64,000 bases of DNA, taken from positions 160,001-224,000 of the forward strand of contig CALSSJ010000012.1 in assembly GCA_943788985.1 (NCBI GenBank), written 5' to 3'. Below, piece by piece: positions 57,918 through 64,000 of this stretch. The first letter of the stretch is position 1. Each line of letters starts with the position of its first letter. The DNA comes from an uncultured Lentisphaerales bacterium (GTDB taxonomy: Bacteria; Verrucomicrobiota; Lentisphaeria; JABSQK01; UBA12247). Under the pieces are notes generated by a model. The model saw nothing but the letters and a program-made list of their open reading frames with translations. It did not search any database and had not been told where the DNA came from. Both the position numbers and the translations under genes were made by a program.

Positions 57918-58246
57918 TTCGGGCTGTGAAGGCGGCGGATAGCGAGGTGGTCTGTGGTCAGTGTACGCGCCAATTCGCGCGGCTTGCCGTCTGTTCGCGA
58001 GACGCATGATTTACTGGTGCTGGCCCCATCAGAAGGCGACGAGGATTCTCTGGTTCGAGCAGATGGGGTCGAGTCGGGGGAGTAGCCGCGCAAGACTAAC
58101 CAACCGATATGGCTTTTGATTCGCCGAGGTCTGCTATTGCTACTAATGAACCAACGCGTTATGGTCCCGGTAGCTTCACAGCCACCGGGCCGCAACGGCT
58201 GGGCTGAGATCATGAATAAGAACAAGAGCCAAAAGGCAAACGCCCA

Positions 58247-59314
58247 ATGCCATTGATTCCACGCCGTGGGAAAGCACGAGCTGGCGCAAAGCCAGGCATC
58301 GAAAGCATCGGAAAGCTGGACCAGAAACCCAGCGAAGATGCACCAAGCATAGAAGTCTTCTATGTGTCAGAAGAGGTGGTTAGCCGCCAGATTTTCGATG
58401 ATATTCACGCGGCTTTCGGGGCCACCCAGGGAAAGGGCTTTCGCTGGATCAATATTAACGGCTTGCACCCGTACTTGGTTAACGCCTGCCACCTTGAGTT
58501 TGGGATTCACACGCTACACGCTGAGGATGTGTTGCACGTGCACCAGCGCCCTCGGCTGGAATCTGAGGATAGCAACTATCTTTTTATCCTCACACGCATG
58601 CTGATGCGCCGCGATGAGGCCTTAGCTTCGGAGCAGATTAGTATGTTTCTTTTTGACGATGTATTGCTTACGATTCAGGAACGCGAGGGCGACGTCTGGG
58701 GGCCAATTCGCAAGCGGCTCGAGACATCCGGCGTGCGCATCCGGGGCCACGGGGCAGATTTTCTGGCCTATGCCCTACTTGACGCGATTGTTGACCATAC
58801 CTTTCCGCTGCTGGAGCACTATGGTGACGAGCTTGAAACCCTTGAGGAACAAATTTTGGAGCAGCCAGACCAGAGCCACATTGCGAGTCTACACGCCGTG
58901 AAGCGTGACTTGCTGATCTGTCGACGTACGATCTGGCCGACTCGCGAGTTGGTGGACGCGCTGCGGCGGTATGATGGCCCACTGATTGGTGAGTCCACCC
59001 AGCGCTTTCTGGCGGACGTGCACGAGCATGTCATCCAAATCATTGAGGTAGTGGAGTCCTATCGCGAGATGGGCAGAAGCCTCACGGATTTGTATATGAC
59101 CAGTGTCTCCAACCGGATGAACGAGATCATGAAGGTGCTGACGATCATGGCTGCCTTTTTTATCCCGATTACTTTTGTGGCCGGGGTCTATGGCATGAAC
59201 TTTGAGCATATGCCGGAGCTCGCGTGGCGGTGGTCTTATCCTTGTTTCTGGGTGGTGATTCTGAGCATTACATGTGGTTTGTTCGTGACTTTTAAACGTC
59301 GGAACTGGCTCTGA
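58247..59314 (+). CDS. corA: Magnesium/cobalt transporter CorA
   Basis: WININGLH, ED...QRP, MNEIMKVLT, YGMNF, MPEL. Confidence 0.96.
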   Translation: MPLIPRRGKARAGAKPGIESIGKLDQKPSEDAPSIEVFYVSEEVVSRQIFDDIHAAFGATQGKGFRWININGLHPYLVNACHLEFGIHTLHAEDVLHVHQRPRLESEDSNYLFILTRMLMRRDEALASEQISMFLFDDVLLTIQEREGDVWGPIRKRLETSGVRIRGHGADFLAYALLDAIVDHTFPLLEHYGDELETLEEQILEQPDQSHIASLHAVKRDLLICRRTIWPTRELVDALRRYDGPLIGESTQRFLADVHEHVIQIIEVVESYREMGRSLTDLYMTSVSNRMNEIMKVLTIMAAFFIPITFVAGVYGMNFEHMPELAWRWSYPCFWVVILSITCGLFVTFKRRNWL

Positions 59315-59373
59315 ATGAAACCTCTTGAACAATGCCAGAGAATGGTCTACCCGGAGTTGAACCAGGTGACAGC

Positions 59374-60141
59374 ATGAGCTTCTGGTCTAGCTACAGCTTT
59401 CGAGAAGACCAAGTTGCGCGCTTCGCAATTGGCCCGTTGACTTGCTGGCTGCATCGTACGAAGGACGAGTGGCGTGTGGCTCACGCACATGGAGACGCGC
59501 TCAATGCGTGCAAAAGTACGTTCGATGGTGCGCCAGTTGATGGGCTAGACTGGCACCGTTGGATCGACATGACCGACGGGCGCTTGCGCTTGGTGCCAGC
59601 GATGCCAGACCGTGCTGTGATCGTGCGGCCGGATGCACGCTTCGCGATTAGCCCCGGTGCCCGTGGTACCTTCTATGTCCGCATCCCGGTTTGGTTTCGG
59701 GTGATTGTGGGCGACAACGAGACGCCGCTGACCGAGTTGCCTACCATCTTGCTTTCGAACAGTTGGTTTGGCGATCCGGCCGAGGGGGACTTTTGCTACT
59801 CGCTGCGGACCACTGCGCAGCGTGACCTTGACGCGTATGATCCGCAGCCATTCCGAGCGCGCTGTGCGGTGCACGTGACGAATCGATCGGCCAGCGACGA
59901 ACTTAATGTCGAGCGACTGTGCCTGCGCGCTAGATCACTGAGCGTCTATGAATGCCAAGGGATGCTGCAAACCAATGCCATCACAGTGGACTACCATGGC
60001 GAGGATGAACTACCGGATGTCGAACACCGTACCACACCGCCGGGCGACCAGGCGACGCTGTTGTGCGAGCCACGCGATATCAGCGCGCGGGAGCGCCTCA
60101 AACGTCGTCTGAACACCTTCACCCGGTTTCGTACATCATGA
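59374..60141 (+). CDS. Conserved hypothetical protein (DUF432-like)
   Basis: PDRAVIVRP, FYVRIPVW, LSNSWFG.P..G..CY; stop overlaps the mscS ATG. Confidence 0.7.
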   Translation: MSFWSSYSFREDQVARFAIGPLTCWLHRTKDEWRVAHAHGDALNACKSTFDGAPVDGLDWHRWIDMTDGRLRLVPAMPDRAVIVRPDARFAISPGARGTFYVRIPVWFRVIVGDNETPLTELPTILLSNSWFGDPAEGDFCYSLRTTAQRDLDAYDPQPFRARCAVHVTNRSASDELNVERLCLRARSLSVYECQGMLQTNAITVDYHGEDELPDVEHRTTPPGDQATLLCEPRDISARERLKRRLNTFTRFRTS

Positions 60142-61004
60142 CCGATAAGCTCGCCCAGTTTCTAAATTACCCGCCGGTTTACGATGGTCTGCGGGCCATT
60201 ATTCTTGCGATTGTTGGGATCATTATCCTGCGTTATTCCAGTCGCCTTGTCATGCGCGTGCTCGGCGCTTACGCCTCCCAGCAGGCCCGGATGATAGTGG
60301 GCAAGGGGATGCTCTATCTTGGCTCCTTGCTCATCCTCCTACTGGTACTGCATAACTTGGGCTTCAAGCTGACCGCGTTGCTCGGCACGGCTGGGATCGT
60401 CGGCATGGCGGTGGGTTTCGCCAGCCAGACCAGCCTGTCAAACATTATCAGCGGGCTGTTCATGATGGGCGAGAAGGCGTTTGAAGTAGACGACCTTATT
60501 GAGGTCGGCACGCTCCGTGGCTTCGTGATGTCGATTGATTTGCTCAGCGTGAAACTTCGCACGCTTGACAACAAGCTGGTGCGTGTTCCTAACGAGAGCC
60601 TGTTCAAAGAGAATGTGGTCAACATCACTCGCTTTCCGATTCGACGCTGGGACAACACCATTGGTGTCGCCTACAAGGAGGATATCTCTCAGGTCATCGA
60701 GGTGCTCAAGGATGTGATCGACAAGAACCGCTTCTGCCTGGACGAGCCCGAGCCACTGATATTCCTCGCTAAGTTTGCGGATTCCGCCTGTGAGATTTTC
60801 GTGGGCGTGTGGTTCGAGAAGAACAGCTTTCTCGACCTACGGAGCACGCTTCTCCCTGAAATTAAAGCCCGCTTCGACGCAGAGGGTATCGAGATTCCGT
60901 TCCCCCATCGCACTATTTACACGGGCAGCGCGACGCCGCCATTTCCGGTGGAGATTGGGGGGAGCGGTTCAAGCGCCGGAGACCAGGGGGCGACTAGTCG
61001 TTGA
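60138..61004 (+). CDS. mscS: Small-conductance mechanosensitive channel
   Basis: GFASQTSLSNIISG, G.V..I.L.S..LRT.DN...VPN, GIEIPFPH. Confidence 0.93.
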   Translation: MTDKLAQFLNYPPVYDGLRAIILAIVGIIILRYSSRLVMRVLGAYASQQARMIVGKGMLYLGSLLILLLVLHNLGFKLTALLGTAGIVGMAVGFASQTSLSNIISGLFMMGEKAFEVDDLIEVGTLRGFVMSIDLLSVKLRTLDNKLVRVPNESLFKENVVNITRFPIRRWDNTIGVAYKEDISQVIEVLKDVIDKNRFCLDEPEPLIFLAKFADSACEIFVGVWFEKNSFLDLRSTLLPEIKARFDAEGIEIPFPHRTIYTGSATPPFPVEIGGSGSSAGDQGATSR

Positions 61005-61800
61005 TGCGGTCGCGGAGTGGTTTCTGAAGGTGTTTTTTAGGTCGACCCGACCGTCGCCACAGCCGCCGTTCCCGGCTGAGCGCACGCCGACGCCATGGAG
61101 ATCTTCGGTGCCTTTCCGGGCATAGGGATCTTCTCCGGCGACCAGGACGATGTCGCGAAAGTCCCTCCGTCCCCGAGGCAAGATGCTGCTGGCGCTCATA
61201 TAGTGATTGACGGGGACGCGGCGAAAGGTCCCGGCGGGGGCACTGTTAGGCTGTGATTTGTGCAGGAGATAGCCGTTGAAAAAGAAGATGCTGCCAGCAC
61301 TCACTTCGACCGGAACAGCTTTCTGCTCCTGATCGTGTGGAAAGTTATAGGACATGACGTTGCAGTCGTAATCCGGGTCATTGTGCGGGTACTGGGAATA
61401 AAGGACACCGGGACGATGGGAGCGGGGAATGACCCAGAGGCAGCCGTTCTGTACGGTGGCGTCATCGATGGCAATCCAGGCGCCGGTGAGCGAGCGGTCG
61501 CGGGTGGGAATGTAGTCTTCGTCCTGATGTCAGGCTGGGCCGGGCTTGCCAGCAGACTTGACGAACTGCATCGATTACCTGGACTTTATGTTGGGACCGA
61601 TCACGTGCGTTAAGGCTTTGACAATGGCCGGGTGGGCCAGGTGCCGGTGCAGCGTTTCTGAAATCTTGTGGGGATTATGGATGCAAAGAAATTGGGAGAT
61701 TAACTCCTGCGCCGGTATGGAGGCAAGCATCTCCGGAGACACGCCGCCTTCAACGACCAAGTAGCCGCTTCCTTAAGGAAAGTTCGCGGCGTCTTCGCCG
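60969..61800 (-). pseudogene. Phytanoyl-CoA dioxygenase family pseudogene
   Basis: LCIHNPHK, PG.A*HQDE, WIAIDDAT..NGCL.VIP.SH, LLHKS; in-frame TAA 61575-61577 and TGA 61530-61532; decayed 5' end. Confidence 0.82.
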
Positions 61801-61897
61801 AGGCTCGAGACCGTAAATGTGCCGGGAGTTTTGGTGTAGGTCACAGAGGGACTTCTTCTTCTGAAAACTGAGTAGGAAGAGAGTTGGGCTAGCGAGC

Positions 61898-63166
61898 TTA
61901 TTGTCCGGGCTTGTCCCCGAAACAGAAGAGGGTGGTGTGATTGCGAATGAGTACCCGCCCATCGACCACTACGGGGCTGGCTGCGATTGAGCCAGGGATG
62001 CGCCCAGTGGTGATGTCCTTGAGGCCATCTTTGGTGACGGTGCCGCAGAAGAGGGTGCCGTCGGTCGCTGCGCAGTAGAGCTTGTCTCCGGCTAGAACGG
62101 GAGAAGAGAAGAAGCGGATCCTCTCGATTGGAAGCTGTGATTGCCAGTGCACTTTCCCGGAGGCAGCCTCGAGGCAACTGACTTGGCCACGATCGCCAAG
62201 CAGGTAAACGAGGCCCCCGCGCGAGGTCGGTGACGCGACATCCGATCCTATCGAATCCTTCTGCCAGAGGCCACCGCCAGTTCCCGGATCCGTGGTCTCA
62301 CCTAGCCGTGTTCCAGCCAGGCTGCGGCCGCGGGCAAAAGGAATGATCGCGACGCTATCGGCGATAACCGGGGAGGCAATGACACGCCAGTTATGCTTGC
62401 CTCGCGGATTGTAGCTGCCCGCGTGCCAGAGTAATTCGCCTGTATCTGCGGCGTTTCCGGAGAGATGGTCTGCGGCCCAGCAGATGATGGTCTCGCGACC
62501 GTTTACATCCATGACGATAGGCGTGGTGTATGCGTCGTAGGATTCCTCGACTGAATCGAAGGTGCGCGCGATCTTCCACACTTCTTTTCCCGTCTCGCAG
62601 TCGAGGCTGGCCAGATAGGAGCCTCCGCCGTTCTGGAGGACGGCAATCACCAGCTTGCCGTCAGCTAGGACTGGGGACGTGCCGAGATCCCAGCCGAGCG
62701 TATCCTCACCGTAGCGCTTCTGGAGGTTTACTTCCCATTTCAGTGTGCCAGTCAGGGTGAGTGCGGCCACCTTTCCTGACTTGAAATAGACGTAGATGCA
62801 CGTGCCGTCGGTAATCGGGGAGGGGTTGCAACTACTGGCCGTCTTGTAGCGGGCTTGTACGCTTTTTCCAAAGCGATGGCGCCAGATTTCTTTGCGGTTG
62901 AAATCGTAACAGACAACGGTGTCCCGCCCGTCGATGTCGCAGGTGAGCATGATGTGCTCGTTCCAGACGATCGGGGTGGAAGAACCGAGGCCTGGTAACG
63001 GAAGCTTCCAGAGCAAGTTCTCATCGGGATTCAGTGTCGCCGGTGCGGCCGGATCGTCCACCGATCCGTTGGCGGTGGGGCCACGCCATTGCGGCCAGTT
63101 CGCGGCTGCTGCGGAACAGGTGACGAGGCTTAAGCAAAGGATGGAAGTCAGGATATGGGCCTTCAT
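61898..63166 (-). CDS. Secreted PQQ-like beta-propeller repeat protein
   Basis: Signal peptide; NWPQWRGP..NG, G.SSTP, repeated TG...W and SP motifs. Confidence 0.9.
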   Translation of the reverse strand: MKAHILTSILCLSLVTCSAAAANWPQWRGPTANGSVDDPAAPATLNPDENLLWKLPLPGLGSSTPIVWNEHIMLTCDIDGRDTVVCYDFNRKEIWRHRFGKSVQARYKTASSCNPSPITDGTCIYVYFKSGKVAALTLTGTLKWEVNLQKRYGEDTLGWDLGTSPVLADGKLVIAVLQNGGGSYLASLDCETGKEVWKIARTFDSVEESYDAYTTPIVMDVNGRETIICWAADHLSGNAADTGELLWHAGSYNPRGKHNWRVIASPVIADSVAIIPFARGRSLAGTRLGETTDPGTGGGLWQKDSIGSDVASPTSRGGLVYLLGDRGQVSCLEAASGKVHWQSQLPIERIRFFSSPVLAGDKLYCAATDGTLFCGTVTKDGLKDITTGRIPGSIAASPVVVDGRVLIRNHTTLFCFGDKPGQ

Positions 63167-63557
63167 AAGGATCTCGCAGGAGCAGGGGGAGTCGCAGGAA
63201 CCGCGATAGTGTAGCGCGTCCGGTAGACTGGGCAAGTTAGCAGCGGCTGGTGCGCTGCTGCCCCGCATGGGAGACAGCTAACGCTGATGAACGCCAACGA
63301 GGCCGCCGTAACTCTTTCCGGAATGGGATATCCACGAAAGATCAGTGGTGTTCGCGACCTGGCGCGTTAGCTTTCCAGCTGGTAACATTCACGGGAATCT
63401 ACTGCGAGGCCGTAATGCACTCACTCTCAACAACTTGCGTTGTTCGCCGAATTCGACGTATCTTGAGAGGACTTCATTCGCCTCACTGCCGCAAAATGCT
63501 GGTGGCAAGCCCGTCACAGCCTCTCGCGACGAATGGCATGAATGATTCCGGCTAACC

Positions 63558-64000
63558 ATGGATCGAATCACACACATCACTTTCGACGCTGGCGGAACAC
63601 TGCTCTATCCGTATCCTTCAGTCGGCGAGATCTATGCTGAGTATATGGGCCGGCATGGGCTGCACTTGGCACCGGCGTGCATCGAGGCTGCATTTAGCCG
63701 GACGATCAAGGCCGCTCAGAGTCAGACCCGCATGGCGGTGACGGATCACGACGACAAAGAGTGGTGGCGGCAAGTGGTGGCAGAAACAATTGCGGATCTT
63801 GGGACCGTCGACGATTTTGACGCGCTGTTCGAGGAGCTGTGGGTTGCCTTTGCCGAGCCCCGCTACTGGCGCCTTTTTGAGGGCGCGGCGGATACTCTGG
63901 CTGCCTTGAAAGGGCAGGGGTATCAGCTCGCCATCCTGTCGAATTGGGACAAGCGCTTGCGGACTCTGCTCGATGGTTTTGGCCTATCGCAGTACTTCAC
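63558..64000 (+). CDS. HAD-IA family hydrolase (3'-truncated by the window)
   Basis: MDRITHITFDAGGTL (motif I) and ILSNWD (motif II); frame open to the window end. Confidence 0.88.
   Translation, partial: MDRITHITFDAGGTLLYPYPSVGEIYAEYMGRHGLHLAPACIEAAFSRTIKAAQSQTRMAVTDHDDKEWWRQVVAETIADLGTVDDFDALFEELWVAFAEPRYWRLFEGAADTLAALKGQGYQLAILSNWDKRLRTLLDGFGLSQYF

Noticed and set aside
15491..61577. Stop-codon reassignment or selenocysteine/pyrrolysine readthrough
   Set aside because: In-frame stops are of all three types, occur only in otherwise decayed genes, and intact genes end in TAA, TAG and TGA.
1..64000. rRNA, tRNA, CRISPR arrays, prophage genes
   Set aside because: None recognised by eye; tRNAscan-SE, Infernal and CRISPR finders would be needed to exclude small RNAs and riboswitches.

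Overview
64 kb of GC-rich bacterial DNA. The gene content (several sulfatases, SHD1, PQQ-propeller, NPCBM and LamG proteins) suggests a PVC-superphylum polysaccharide degrader such as Lentisphaerae, Kiritimatiellae or Verrucomicrobia; this is an inference, not a database result. In order: two tandem paralogs of an uncharacterised family; a SRAP/YedK protein; a cytochrome c; a fatty acid desaturase; an M16 peptidase-Gfo/Idh/MocA-LplA-ClpX-like operon; a DeoR sugar operon with a 10-bp-periodic candidate operator; an AraC-linked Gfo/TIM-barrel/Thr-type 'sulfatase'/Gfo/sulfotransferase operon; two FGly sulfatases; a Cys-rich leader plus MacAB-like ABC exporter plus Cys-motif lipoprotein operon; a divergent HSP90 plus Cys-motif TPR gene pair; an esterase; a decayed IS21; mtnA plus a bifunctional aldolase/SDR; a sulfatase/esterase/GH28-like cluster; corA-DUF432-like-mscS; a PQQ-propeller protein; and a partial HAD hydrolase. 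Intergenic space holds two MITE-like families, several periodic REP-like palindromes and many gene remnants. No rRNA, tRNA or CRISPR array was seen. The best candidates for poorly described systems are the HSP90/TPR pair, the Cys-rich leader/ABC/lipoprotein operon and the non-canonical sulfatase/sulfotransferase operon.
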